Source: Chloroflexota bacterium
GTDB taxonomy: Bacteria > Chloroflexota > Anaerolineae > Ardenticatenales > JAADHH01
DNA length: 57,748 nt
Assembly: GCA_013151955.1 (NCBI GenBank)
Contig: JAADHH010000140.1
Span: 1-57,748, forward strand
Direction of reading: 5' to 3'
Position numbers and translations under genes: made by a program. The notes under the pieces are model-generated. The model saw only the letters and a list, made by a program, of their open reading frames with translations. It did not search any database and was not told the DNA's origin. This document shows, piece by piece, positions 46,466 to 56,346 of the stretch (within the stretch, counting starts at the first letter, position 1; each line of letters opens with the position of its first letter).

Positions 46466-46492
46466 TAAAGTTTCCCCGTTTTCTACCGATAA
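46466..46492 (+). promoter_or_regulatory. sigma-28 (FliA) promoter of flgM-flgN-flgK-flgL
   Basis: TAAA-N15-ACCGATAA versus consensus TAAA-N15-GCCGATAA. Confidence 0.85.
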
Positions 46493-46553
46493 TCATGGTG
46501 TAGGTGTAGCTCCAGAGACAGAGACGTTTTTTGTGAGGCGAAAGTAAGGGAAC

Positions 46554-46856
46554 ATGGTCAAAGAAATCAGCGAAATCAGCGCCCATGAAGTTGCCAGAGC
46601 CTATTCCCAGCGAATAGACTCGCAAGAGGTTCAGCAGACGAGAGCTGCACCTTCTGCGGTGTCTCGGCCCCAACACGATCAGTTGACCATCTCCGAGCGT
46701 GCCCGAGAACTGTATATGGCACGTGAAGCCATGAAATCTGTTCCCGATGTACGGCAAGAGGTGGTACAGTCCCTGCACGACCAAATTCAGGCCGGGACCT
46801 ACCAGATTCCCCAAGAAAAACTGATCGAACGGCTACTCACCTTGCTGGGAGCGTAA
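46554..46856 (+). CDS. flgM: Anti-sigma-28 factor FlgM
   Basis: DQLTISERA, PDVRQE.V..L..QI.AGTY.I. Confidence 0.92.
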   Translation: MVKEISEISAHEVARAYSQRIDSQEVQQTRAAPSAVSRPQHDQLTISERARELYMAREAMKSVPDVRQEVVQSLHDQIQAGTYQIPQEKLIERLLTLLGA

Positions 46857-46871
46857 TAGCAAGGCAGAAAT

Positions 46872-47423
46872 ATGGAGCTACAACTAGATATTCAAGATGT
46901 CTCTGGATGGGATGTACCGGATTTGTCCGTTGGGAGAGATGGGCTTGGACAGCTACTCGATCGGGAGGTAGCCGTCCTCCGTGAGCTTGTGGATGCTTCC
47001 ATGGCCGAACGAGCGGCTTTGATGGCCAACGATATCGAACAGTTGGTGGACATTAGCCGGCAGAAAGAAGCGTTGGCCGAGCAAATGGAAGCGTTGGAGC
47101 GTGGTCGCCGCAAATGGATGGAGCGTGCAAAAGAATCGAGTGGCTCCTATGAAAAAGCGTCGCTCGATTCCTGGCTGCAGAGCGCACCACGGGAGAGAAA
47201 GATGCGATTGGCTGCCGCCCGGGCCGAGATGGCCCACCTCGTCCGTCAGCTCATGGAGATCAAGGAAGGCAACCGCTTGTTGCTGGAAACATCGTTGGAA
47301 CAAGTGCAAGTTACCGTCCGTTTTCTCCTGGACGTAACGGAATCTTCCCATGGCTATGCGCACAACGGATTACCGGAAAGCAAGAAACCCTATTCCTACA
47401 CCCTGGTCAATTGTCAGGTGTGA
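46872..47423 (+). CDS. flgN: Flagellar export chaperone FlgN
   Basis: Helical ERAAL..NDIEQL...KE...LE..R, N..LLE; lies between flgM and flgK. Confidence 0.85.
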   Translation: MELQLDIQDVSGWDVPDLSVGRDGLGQLLDREVAVLRELVDASMAERAALMANDIEQLVDISRQKEALAEQMEALERGRRKWMERAKESSGSYEKASLDSWLQSAPRERKMRLAAARAEMAHLVRQLMEIKEGNRLLLETSLEQVQVTVRFLLDVTESSHGYAHNGLPESKKPYSYTLVNCQV

Positions 47424-47516
47424 AGTCGTGCCCACTGCTTTGGTTTTCAAAAGGCCTGGTAATCATGACGGGCACTGAAAACCGACCTGTGGCACTCCTG
47501 TAGAGGAAGGGCACTT

Positions 47517-48917
47517 ATGCCTTCAACATTTTCCGGCATAAACATTGCCTTGCGTGCCGTTTTGACGAACCAACGGGCAATCGATGTGATCAGCCACAAT
47601 GTGGCGAATGTAAACACCCCAGGCTATACACGCCAGGAAGCCGTGTTAGTCACCAGCGAGCCCTGGACAGAGCCGGGTCTCGTGCACGGGAGCAATCCAG
47701 GCCAAGTCGGAACCGGCGTGCAAATTAGCCAGATACGACGCTATGCCACCAGCTTTTTCGACCAACGCATCCGGGGTGAAAGTCAGACGTTGGGACGCTG
47801 GCAGATCACGCGCGGCGCGCTTGAGCAAATATCTGTCATGTTCACCGAGCCTTCGGAGACCGGGGTGGCTGCCGCGCTGGACCAGTTCTGGTCCGCCTGG
47901 CAAGATTTGGCCAGCAACCCCGAAAGCCTGGCCGCGCGTGAAACCGTGATCCAGGATTCAAAAAACCTGACCACTCTGTTTCATACGTTCCATTCGCAAC
48001 TTGCGAACCAGCAAAAGGATATAGACCACCAGCTAAGTTCCTACGTCCAGAAAGTGAATGAGTCGGCCTCTGAATTGGCCCGCCTGAACACGATTATCGC
48101 AAAAGTGGAATCTATCGGCGATCACCCGAACGATTTGCTGGACAGACGGGACATGATTCTGGATCGTTTGGCAGAAATCGTGGACATCCAGTATGCCATT
48201 GGCGAGAACGACGCAACCACCGTAGCCATTGGCGGGCACTCGCTGGTCATGGGAAGCCAGAGCGTCAAGTTGCAAGTCGGTCCCGATCCTGCGAACAACA
48301 ACTTGAGCAAGCTCACCTGGGCAGATGATGGCTCGCAGGCCTCCATCTCCGACGGTGAAATGGCCGGCGTGATCCACGTACGCGATTCGGTGATTCCCGA
48401 CCTGCAAAGCAAATTGGACACGCTGGCACAGTCCCTGATTTCGGCGGTGAATACGGTTCACAATGCGGGCTATGCCCTGGATGGAACGACCACCGGCCTT
48501 GATTTCCTTCAAGGGACTGGGGCCAACGATATCGCCGTCGCCTTCGACGATCCGGCGCTGATTGGTGCCGCCGGGAATGCTTCTTCGATTGGGGACGGAA
48601 ACCAAGCCTTGGCCATATCTGCCCTGCACGAACAGACCATTGTGGGTGGGCAGGCAACTGCTGCCGATTCGTTCCGCACCTTGATTACATCGCTGGGACT
48701 GGATACGCAACATGCCCAGACAATGGTCCAAAATCGTTCTCTCCTTGTCGATCATCTTAAGCAGAACAAAGAATCGCAATCGGGCGTTTCTCTGGACGAA
48801 GAAGCCGTGAACCTGATTCGCTTCCAACGCGGGTTCCAAGCCGCAGCAAGAGCCATGAATGTAGTTGACGAGATGTTGAATCAAATCGTAAACACTCTTG
48901 GTGTGGTAGGACGATAG
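47517..48917 (+). CDS. flgK: Hook-associated protein FlgK
   Basis: HNVANVNTPGYTRQ, NDLLDRRD, SGVSLDEEA.NLI.FQ. Confidence 0.97.
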   Translation: MPSTFSGINIALRAVLTNQRAIDVISHNVANVNTPGYTRQEAVLVTSEPWTEPGLVHGSNPGQVGTGVQISQIRRYATSFFDQRIRGESQTLGRWQITRGALEQISVMFTEPSETGVAAALDQFWSAWQDLASNPESLAARETVIQDSKNLTTLFHTFHSQLANQQKDIDHQLSSYVQKVNESASELARLNTIIAKVESIGDHPNDLLDRRDMILDRLAEIVDIQYAIGENDATTVAIGGHSLVMGSQSVKLQVGPDPANNNLSKLTWADDGSQASISDGEMAGVIHVRDSVIPDLQSKLDTLAQSLISAVNTVHNAGYALDGTTTGLDFLQGTGANDIAVAFDDPALIGAAGNASSIGDGNQALAISALHEQTIVGGQATAADSFRTLITSLGLDTQHAQTMVQNRSLLVDHLKQNKESQSGVSLDEEAVNLIRFQRGFQAAARAMNVVDEMLNQIVNTLGVVGR

Positions 48918-48943
48918 TTTACCGGTAAGAGGAGTAGATCGCC

Positions 48944-49837
48944 ATGCGCATCACCACCAAAATGATGCTATCGGATGCAACGAGCCAGCTCAACAAGAAT
49001 CTGGAACGGCTGAAAAGGTTGCAAGTGGAGGCCGCTTCCGGAAAGAAATTGCAGCGGATTAGCGACGATCCCTTTGCCACGGAGCAGGCGCTTAGTTTCC
49101 GTTCGGCAATTAAGCTTAACCAGGGCAATCTGCGCAATATCGACCTGAGCAAGAACTGGATGGAGTCTACGGATGCGGCTCTCAGCCAGTTATCCGATCT
49201 GGTGGCTAACGCCAACACCATCGCACAGCAGGGCGCTAATGACACGATCTCCGCCAGCGAGCGAGAAGGCCTGGCGCAAACCACCGATCAACTCATCAAC
49301 CAGGCGCTGGAGTTGGCCAACTCCCGGCACCGGGGGCAATACATCTTTAGCGGTTTCCAAACGGATAAAGCCCCCTTCACCCTGAACACCGGCCCGCCCC
49401 CGTCGGTCACGTACCAGGGGGATAGTGGGGAAATCCAGCGCCAGGTTGCGCCTGGGTACCAGATGACAATCAATATAACCGGCGGTGGACCATTCCCGGA
49501 GGTGTTTCAGATGCTCTCCAATTTGGTCACCGAACTCCGCGATACCACACCGGGTGCAGGGCAGCGAATCTCCGGCCGGTTGACGGAAATAGAAAACGCC
49601 CTGAGCAGTGTGTCGGCCAGCCGGGCCTCGATTGGCGCCAAGCTATCCCGATTGGACTCCACCCAGAGCCGCCTGAATCAGGTGCAAGTGGGTCTGGAAA
49701 GCTTACTCTCGAAGAACGAGGATACGGACATGGCCGAAACGATCATGAAGCTATCCCAACAGGAAGTGGCTTATCGTACAGCTCTACAGGTCAACGGACG
49801 CATCCTTCAGCCATCGCTGCTCGATTTTCTGACCTGA
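48944..49837 (+). CDS. flgL: Hook-associated protein FlgL
   Basis: MRIT, SGKK...SDDP, YIFSG..T.KAPF, EDTDMAE, SLLDFL. Confidence 0.96.
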   Translation: MRITTKMMLSDATSQLNKNLERLKRLQVEAASGKKLQRISDDPFATEQALSFRSAIKLNQGNLRNIDLSKNWMESTDAALSQLSDLVANANTIAQQGANDTISASEREGLAQTTDQLINQALELANSRHRGQYIFSGFQTDKAPFTLNTGPPPSVTYQGDSGEIQRQVAPGYQMTINITGGGPFPEVFQMLSNLVTELRDTTPGAGQRISGRLTEIENALSSVSASRASIGAKLSRLDSTQSRLNQVQVGLESLLSKNEDTDMAETIMKLSQQEVAYRTALQVNGRILQPSLLDFLT

Positions 49838-49879
49838 TGGTGGTGATCCACGGCGTCTCTTTCTAAGGAGCAATATTCT

Positions 49880-50371
49880 ATGCAAATGAATACACAGGGC
49901 ATAGCACAAGATGCCGGCGGGACCTACGTCTTCGAGGCAACCCACGAGAACGACATCATCATACCAGAAGAAGCAATCATCACCTTTCCCGAAGGGCTGG
50001 TGGGGTGCGCGTCGTGGCGTCAATTTGTCTTGCTGGAGACGAGTGTATCCGGGCCATTCAAGCTGTTGCAGTCCTTGGACGATCCGCAAGTCTCGTTTAT
50101 TGTGGCAGACCCCTATCTGCTGCTCGCCAATTATTCCTTCACATTGTCCGAAGTAGATGCCGGCATGATTGCGCTGGATGATCCGGCCAGGGCGATGGTT
50201 CTCTGCATCTTGATGGTCAAACAAAATCCTGTCTTCTCTATAACGGCAAACCTTTTGGGGCCGCTTGTCATCAATGTCTCTAGCCGTTTGGGGACCCAAC
50301 TGGTTTTGGCCGATTCGGGGTATTCGGCACAATTTCCGGTGATGGGGCCGGATAACGGAAGCAGCCAATGA
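49880..50371 (+). CDS. fliW: Flagellar assembly factor FliW (CsrA antagonist)
   Basis: IITFPEGLVG, LQSLDDP.VSF, TANLLGPLVIN...G.Q.VL. Confidence 0.93.
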   Translation: MQMNTQGIAQDAGGTYVFEATHENDIIIPEEAIITFPEGLVGCASWRQFVLLETSVSGPFKLLQSLDDPQVSFIVADPYLLLANYSFTLSEVDAGMIALDDPARAMVLCILMVKQNPVFSITANLLGPLVINVSSRLGTQLVLADSGYSAQFPVMGPDNGSSQ

Positions 50372-50402
50372 AGGACTTGCAGCCCCGAAAGGATGACACA
50401 GG

Positions 50403-50654
50403 ATGTTGATCCTATCCCGAAAAGCGGATGAGAGCATTTGCATCCAACGGAACATTGTGGTCACTGTTTTGGAAATCGACGGAGACCGCGTAAAACTGGG
50501 GATCAATGCCCCCCGCGACGTGCTTATCCTGCGCCAGGAATTATGCGACGAGGTGAAGGCCGGCAACATAGAGGCTGCCAATCCGCCCACCCAGCAAATC
50601 GAGCAAATCCTGCCTTCGCTGCAAGAATGGCTGGCGGAAAGAAAACATTTGTGA
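50403..50654 (+). CDS. csrA: Carbon storage regulator CsrA
   Basis: MLILSRK.DESI.I, VKLGINAPRDV.ILRQE. Confidence 0.96.
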   Translation: MLILSRKADESICIQRNIVVTVLEIDGDRVKLGINAPRDVLILRQELCDEVKAGNIEAANPPTQQIEQILPSLQEWLAERKHL

Positions 50655-50856
50655 TTCCGCACACCCGGGGGGCTTGCGCAGCGGTTCGCCGCAAACCCCG
50701 AAATGTAGGGGGAGGGAGAGACGAGGGGACACCCCGCGTACTCCCCGGACATTCGCTGCGCATGACCCCGAGCCGGAGCGGTTGCCCGGTGAGTCAGGTG
50801 GTGGCCATGATCGAATCTCCGAACTGAGTATCGAGATAGGCAGAAGCGGGCACACT

Positions 50857-51813
50857 ATGTCTGTTCTGTTTCTTTTCCTTGACGGGGTTGGTCTGGGCCA
50901 TGACGATCCAGCCACCAACCCCTTTTCTCGTGTGGCCCTGCCTCACCTGCGCGACCTCTTGGGGGGGCGGGGCCTCTTTCTGGAAACGGGTGCCGTTCAC
51001 GAAGAAAAGGCCACCCTGATACCGACCGATGCAACCCTCGGTGTCGAAGGCCTTCCCCAAAGTGCCACCGGACAGGCAGCGCTGCTCACCGGAGTCAATG
51101 TGGCCGAGCGGCTCGGCCACCATGCTGGCCCTTGGCCTGCCGAGACCTTGCGCGCGTGGCTTCGTGCCGACAACCTCTTCCTGCGGGTGATCAAACGTGG
51201 TGGCACGCCCTACTTTGCGAATGCCTATCCCCGCCAATACTTCGAGGCCCTGGGAAGCGGTCGCCGGCGCATGTCGGTGATTCCCTACGCGGCCCAGGCC
51301 AGCGGGCTGGAATTGCTGGGCCACGAAGCGTTGCGGGCCGGCACAGCCTTCTCTGTCGATTTCACCGGCCAAGCCTGGCGTGAGCAACTGGGCTATGCCG
51401 ATGTCCCGGTCCTTTCACCCGCACAAGCGGGGACGCAAATGGCCCGCCTGGCCCAACGGTACACCTTGACCCTTTACGACTTCTGGATACCCGACTACAT
51501 CGGTCATGACCGGAAGATGGACGAGGCTACTCGCTTGTTGGAATCGTTCGACCAATTTCTGGGCGGCATCCTCCGGGTTTGGGAGGACGAGCGAGACCTG
51601 CTGGTCATCACCAGTGACCACGGCAACATCGAAGACCTGAGCTGCAAGACCCACACCTACAACCCGGTTCCCGCGATCCTCGTCGGTGCCGGCCACCGCC
51701 AGGTGGCAGCCAAAATCCACGACCTGACCGACATCGCGCCCGCCTTGATAGAAACCCTGGGCACGGTTCATTTCAACTTGACGCTTAGAAGTTCAACTTC
51801 TCCGAGAAGTTGA
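50857..51813 (+). CDS. Alkaline phosphatase superfamily metalloenzyme (phosphopentomutase / iPGM-like)
   Basis: FLDGVG, PQSATGQ, DYIGH, TSDHGNIED, HTYNPVP. Confidence 0.85.
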   Translation: MSVLFLFLDGVGLGHDDPATNPFSRVALPHLRDLLGGRGLFLETGAVHEEKATLIPTDATLGVEGLPQSATGQAALLTGVNVAERLGHHAGPWPAETLRAWLRADNLFLRVIKRGGTPYFANAYPRQYFEALGSGRRRMSVIPYAAQASGLELLGHEALRAGTAFSVDFTGQAWREQLGYADVPVLSPAQAGTQMARLAQRYTLTLYDFWIPDYIGHDRKMDEATRLLESFDQFLGGILRVWEDERDLLVITSDHGNIEDLSCKTHTYNPVPAILVGAGHRQVAAKIHDLTDIAPALIETLGTVHFNLTLRSSTSPRS

Positions 51814-51819
51814 ACTTCT
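51787..51819. repeat. 33-bp AGAAGTTCAACTTCT palindrome overlapping the gene end
   Basis: Identical to 10883-10915; supplies the TGA of 50857-51813. Confidence 0.9.
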
Positions 51820-51944
51820 CGGCCCAATGCGTAATCTATTGCTCCACGCCCACCGCCTCACGATTTTCCTCCTTGCGTCTTAGCGCCTTTGCGTTAAAAC
51901 AATTCTCACCCCCAAATTGAAATACACCCACGACCGCAGCCAGT

Positions 51945-51973
51945 TTGACAACCGGGAGAATCGGTGATACCAT
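51945..51973 (+). promoter_or_regulatory. sigma70-type promoter
   Basis: TTGACA-N17-TACCAT with TG extension. Confidence 0.65.
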
Positions 51974-52014
51974 GATGTGTAGAGTTTTTCGCACCCTTTT
52001 TGGGGAGGCAGGGT

Positions 52015-52434
52015 ATGACCAACCGAAATATTTGGATCGTCAGTCTGGTAGCCGGGTTAGCCAGTGGGGGTGAATTATACTACTGGGTCACGCAAGAAGA
52101 TCCCGCCGCACCCTATCGCTTACCCGTTTTCTTCTTTCTCTTGTTTCTGATGTGCGCATCACTGGGAACAACGGCTGCCCACTACCTCGCCATACGCTTC
52201 GGCGACGAGGCGGACTCGATTCGGTCCATCCGGCAAGGCCTTGGTGTTGGGTTTTTCGTTTCCTTATGCGCCTGGTTACAGATGGTGCGGTTGTTGAGCA
52301 TGATCGTCGTCGTGGTCATCGCCGGCGCGTTGATCGCCTCCGAATTGATTTGGGAGGGCTGGCGCTCTTCTGCCCGGGAGCATACGGAACAACCTTCCGA
52401 GGATCAGAGCGGCGCTGTGCCTGGGTCGGCCTAA
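52015..52434 (+). CDS. Hypothetical four-TM membrane protein
   Basis: GGGAGG RBS, own promoter, four hydrophobic segments. Confidence 0.75.
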   Translation: MTNRNIWIVSLVAGLASGGELYYWVTQEDPAAPYRLPVFFFLLFLMCASLGTTAAHYLAIRFGDEADSIRSIRQGLGVGFFVSLCAWLQMVRLLSMIVVVVIAGALIASELIWEGWRSSAREHTEQPSEDQSGAVPGSA

Positions 52435-52645
52435 CAGGCTGTCGGAGCGGCCGGTTTTTCTTATTAGGACACAGATTTTCGCAGAGAAACACAGATGTTC
52501 AGGCCAAAAGATTATCGGAAAATCTGTGTTGATCCTGCAAATCTGTGCCCCATTATTCTTTCTCCGACAAGTATCTTCTCAATAACCTGGGGGACGCCCC
52601 CCGGCCCCCAATTCTGGGGGAGCACATTCCCCCCAAAGTTGGCAT
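52431..52645. mobile_element. MITE-like element (CTAACAGGCTGTCGGAG...TCTCCGACAA) fused to further repeat units
   Basis: Left end contains the upstream TAA stop; right end is interrupted by GTATCTTCTCAATA (52571-52584), followed by CCCCCAATTCTGGGGG. Confidence 0.7.
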
Positions 52646-52649
52646 ACAA

Positions 52650-53318
52650 TTACTCGCAAGTCTGGGGGTGGAGGACGCGCCATAGGGCAACCATATCCTG
52701 TAGGCGCTGCCAGCCCCGCCAGACGCACTGTGTCAAGCGCTTGCCTTCTTTTTTCCACTGCGCCAGCTTTTCGGCATATCCTGGTCTTTCTACCCCCTTC
52801 ACAGTCATGATGAGAGCATCTTCCCGATTGTCCTGGTAGTAACGCTTACGTTTGCCCACCACGACAAAGTCCATCTCCGCATATAACTGCTGTGCGGCAA
52901 CGTTCGATACGCGCACTTCCAGGGTGACCAGGTGTGCGCCAAGACGAATCGCCTCATCCAACATGTGCAACATCAGCTTTCTGGCGAAGCCGCGACGGCG
53001 ATAGGAAGGGTGTATGGCGATCGTGCTAATGTGGGCTTCGTCACCCATGAGCCAGAATCCGCCGTATCCTGCCAGGCGTGATGCCGACTCCTGGGGATCA
53101 GACCGCCGGAGCCATGCCACATACTTCTTCCGCTTCGCCTCCCTCGGCTCTTGCTCTCGAGCGCGCACCACATAGTAATGGGCCATGGCATTGTGCAGCA
53201 ACTCGTAGCGGTAGGCCCTGGCCGGCCATGCCGAGGGGAACGAAGCTCGTTCAATGTCCATGATGCCGTCCACATCCGCGAGCGTCATTTGTTCAATGAC
53301 AACTGCCTGATCGTCCAC
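52650..53318 (-). CDS. rimI: Ribosomal-protein-alanine N-acetyltransferase RimI
   Basis: IERASFPSAW, EAHISTIA.HP.YRRRG, LEVRVSN..AQ.LY, RKRYY.DNREDA. Confidence 0.93.
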   Translation of the reverse strand: MDDQAVVIEQMTLADVDGIMDIERASFPSAWPARAYRYELLHNAMAHYYVVRAREQEPREAKRKKYVAWLRRSDPQESASRLAGYGGFWLMGDEAHISTIAIHPSYRRRGFARKLMLHMLDEAIRLGAHLVTLEVRVSNVAAQQLYAEMDFVVVGKRKRYYQDNREDALIMTVKGVERPGYAEKLAQWKKEGKRLTQCVWRGWQRLQDMVALWRVLHPQTCE

Positions 53319-53319
53319 G

Positions 53320-53982
53320 TTATTTCTGGCGCAACTGAATGTAGATGGGAGTCAGCGTGGCCAGCTTATCGGTATCACCCCTCTTCCAGCGATCCCAGGC
53401 AAGCTCGGCCAGATAGCCGGCTCGCCGGAGAGAGGCGGCTGGGCGTGCGATGACCACTTTCCCTCTGGTTCCCTTTTGCAATGCTTCAATCGTAGGCTGG
53501 TCCAATTCTCCGCAAAACAGGGTCCGTTCCCGAACCTGTTGGGCCAGGTGTGCCGGTACGGCCAGTTGGAAATCGCTCGTTTGCCGCCACTGGCCGATGA
53601 CTTGGTGAAACGTCGCAAAGCACAAACGACCTCGACCGGCCTGGATCACCGGGCAGATGGGCAAAGGCTGATCAAAATGGGGGTAAGCCAAAATGCTCAA
53701 CGTGGGGATGGCCACGATGGGAATGTCCAGCGCCGCGGCGAGACCCTTTGTCGCGCTGAGTCCGATGCGCAGCCCCGTAAACGAGCCGGGGCCGCGAGCC
53801 ACCCCTAACGCCCGGATGTCCGTCCGCCCGACACCTGCCTGGTCCAGCAAGTGAATCAGGTTGGGCATCAGTTCCACGGTATGGTGCCGACCGGCCCACC
53901 ACGATTTTTCGGCCAGCACCATCAGGCCGTCGTAGAGGGCAAGGCTAAGAAGTTGTGTGGCCGTATCAATTGCCAGTAGCAT
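53320..53982 (-). CDS. tsaB: tRNA t6A biosynthesis protein TsaB
   Basis: MLLAIDTAT, GPGSFTGLRIG. Confidence 0.94.
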   Translation of the reverse strand: MLLAIDTATQLLSLALYDGLMVLAEKSWWAGRHHTVELMPNLIHLLDQAGVGRTDIRALGVARGPGSFTGLRIGLSATKGLAAALDIPIVAIPTLSILAYPHFDQPLPICPVIQAGRGRLCFATFHQVIGQWRQTSDFQLAVPAHLAQQVRERTLFCGELDQPTIEALQKGTRGKVVIARPAASLRRAGYLAELAWDRWKRGDTDKLATLTPIYIQLRQK

Positions 53983-53993
53983 GGCTACGTTGT

Positions 53994-54491
53994 CTATCCT
54001 CCAAAGGCGTCGCGCCGAAAACTGGTCAACAGGGCGATGTACCGGGGACCTTTTGCCTGCATCAGAATGCCCCGTTTCGTGGCGCTGAGATGTCGCAACG
54101 TGATCCACAGTCGTCGTTCGGGCATAACGCGCTTCGCCTGGTCTGCCCACTCTACCACCGAGAGTCCGTCGCTTTCCAAGTAGTCCAGCAACCCCAGATT
54201 CCATATTTCCTGATCGCTGTGCAGGCGATAGAGATCGATGTGGTAAAGGGGGATACGCCCTCCCCGGTATTCGTTGATCAGCGTAAAGGTCGGGCTGGTG
54301 ATTGCTGTATGAATATCGAGACCTTGACCAATCCCCTGCGTTAGCAGCGTTTTTCCGGACCCGAGGGGCCCTTCCAAACAAAACACGTCGCCGGGCTGGG
54401 CAAACTGCCCCAATCGGAAACCAAACCGGCGGGTTTGCGCAACGCTGTGGCTGAAAAAGTCGATCGTCGGGCCAGTCATCACCGGCGACAT
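53994..54491 (-). CDS. tsaE: tRNA t6A biosynthesis ATPase TsaE
   Basis: GPLGSGKT, SPTFTL..EY, YHIDLYRL, VEW. Confidence 0.95.
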   Translation of the reverse strand: MSPVMTGPTIDFFSHSVAQTRRFGFRLGQFAQPGDVFCLEGPLGSGKTLLTQGIGQGLDIHTAITSPTFTLINEYRGGRIPLYHIDLYRLHSDQEIWNLGLLDYLESDGLSVVEWADQAKRVMPERRLWITLRHLSATKRGILMQAKGPRYIALLTSFRRDAFGG

Positions 54492-54621
54492 GGCCAGGCC
54501 TCCTCTGAATCTATGGTCCTCGTTCGGTCTCTTCTCGGTCACCCCATGCAACTGCTGCCACCTGAGCGATTTTTTGCCTCGCGGTCGCCATCATCCGGCC
54601 TGGAATGGCCAGGCCGGCGAT

Positions 54622-55638
54622 TCACTGCTGGGCTTGGCGGGCCGCATCGAGCAATGACGATTGAAACAGATCGTCTTTGGCCACGTTGCCCGAGAAGAAC
54701 CCGTGTTTCTGCGCCCAATTTTGGAAATCCATTGTCCCGGACATGTCTACGTGTCCATCGGCATAGATGGCCGGCCAGCAGACACGTTGCAGCACCTGAA
54801 CATCTTGTCCGGTCCGCGCCGACAAAATCTCCAAATTGCGTGCCGTCTTCCCCTTGTTGAACTGTGCGATTCCCTGCAGATAGGCTGCCAGGAACCGCTG
54901 TCCCAGCCCGGGGTCTTTTTCCAGCAAGTTCGGGCCGAATACGATAAATGCGTACTGAAAATCGGGGGCTATGTCTTCAAATGCGGCCAGACGGTGCGCC
55001 AGACCGGCACCTTCCATGCGCGTGGGAATTGGCTCGTTGCCAATGGAGGCATCGATGGAGCCTTGCTTGTACGCCCCGAATGTCGCCGGAATCGGCAGCC
55101 TGACGATCTTTACATCCTCGAGGCTGAGGTTGGCAGAGGCCAGCGTACGACCCAGCAAGTAGCCAAACAAGGTGGGCACAGCAGATGTGGCGACTTTGCG
55201 TCCTTTCAGTTCCTCAACCCTGTCCAGCTCGCCGGAGTCGTAGAGCGCTTGGCGGGCGACAATGCCCATGGAGGAGCAATCTCCTTTTTGCAAGTGCCCT
55301 TTGCCGGCCACGGCTTTGATCGGGATGCCCCCGGCCACCGCGTTCAGGAAGCCGATCCCCACGCCGCCGGCCCCGACATCGATATCGCCGCCGGACAGGA
55401 GGGGGATGTATTCCTCGGTACTCCCCATCTTTACCCATTCTATCTCTATGTTTTGTTGGGCAAAGAAGCCCTCTTCCTCTGCGATGTAGAGCGGCCCCCA
55501 GGTCAGGTAGGGCAGCGAAGAGACCTTTACGTGCGCGGTCGGAATGGGCGTGGGGGGTGCCTTGGCTCCTGGGGCACAACCAACTGCCAGCAAGAGAAAC
55601 GCAACGAGAAAACAGGGTAGGGATAGTGATCGCTTCAT
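54622..55638 (-). CDS. ABC transporter substrate-binding lipoprotein (NMT1/SsuA/TauA-like), no permease nearby
   Basis: Lipobox LAVGC; PLYIAEEEGFF, ELKGRKVA, IDA. Confidence 0.85.
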   Translation of the reverse strand: MKRSLSLPCFLVAFLLLAVGCAPGAKAPPTPIPTAHVKVSSLPYLTWGPLYIAEEEGFFAQQNIEIEWVKMGSTEEYIPLLSGGDIDVGAGGVGIGFLNAVAGGIPIKAVAGKGHLQKGDCSSMGIVARQALYDSGELDRVEELKGRKVATSAVPTLFGYLLGRTLASANLSLEDVKIVRLPIPATFGAYKQGSIDASIGNEPIPTRMEGAGLAHRLAAFEDIAPDFQYAFIVFGPNLLEKDPGLGQRFLAAYLQGIAQFNKGKTARNLEILSARTGQDVQVLQRVCWPAIYADGHVDMSGTMDFQNWAQKHGFFSGNVAKDDLFQSSLLDAARQAQQ

Positions 55639-55767
55639 TGAATATCTCCTCGTATAAATATGTAGTGTGAGAGCGCCGTCCCCCGCTCGTACAGCGAAGT
55701 TGCGAGGCTCCGGCACCCTGGACGCTCCCCTTGGGTGCAATGCAACATCTGCCGGTAGCACAATCCA

Positions 55768-56310
55768 TCAGGTTTGTTGTGCGAGCAGCGCCGTCAAAAC
55801 GTCTGCGAAGATGCGATACACCCCCGGCCCGAAGAGAACCATGCGCACCAACTCGATCTGCGGATGTCTGCGCAGATAGTCTCGGATGGTCGAGAGGGCG
55901 ATGTGGGCTGCTTCGTTCATCGGGTAGCCATACACGCCGGTGCTGATCGCGGGGAAGGCGATGCTACGCAGCCCCTGCTGCGCGGCGAGCTCCAGGCTGT
56001 GCCGAAATGCGCCGGCAAGGAGTTCCGCTTCTCCCTGGGTCCCGCCGCGATAGACCGGGCCTACCGCGTGGATGACATAGCGAGCCGCCAGACGCCCTCC
56101 GCCGGTGATGCGCGCTTCACCGGTTGGGCAGCCGCCCACCTTGCGACATTCCGCCAACAGAGCAGGGCCGGCAGCCCGGTGGATCGCTCCGTCCACGCCA
56201 CCACCACCCAACAGTGATGAGTTTGCGGCGTTGACGATGGCGTCTACGTCTTGCTGGGTGATGTCGCCTTCGACCAGTTCCAGTTGTGATGAGCCAATGC
56301 GCACTTTCAT
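55768..56310 (-). CDS. Macrodomain O-acetyl-ADP-ribose deacetylase (YmdB-like)
   Basis: [44 protein letters not shown]. Confidence 0.95.
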   Translation of the reverse strand: MKVRIGSSQLELVEGDITQQDVDAIVNAANSSLLGGGGVDGAIHRAAGPALLAECRKVGGCPTGEARITGGGRLAARYVIHAVGPVYRGGTQGEAELLAGAFRHSLELAAQQGLRSIAFPAISTGVYGYPMNEAAHIALSTIRDYLRRHPQIELVRMVLFGPGVYRIFADVLTALLAQQT

Positions 56311-56346
56311 GGGAGAGTACCTTCTCGCAACCAAATGATAGCAACA

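Noticed and set aside
50655-50820. 6S RNA or c-di-GMP-I riboswitch after csrA
   Set aside because: GCAAACCCC-GAAA is only a partial match with no GACGCAAA/P3 elements, and the 6S-like segments are not in the expected order
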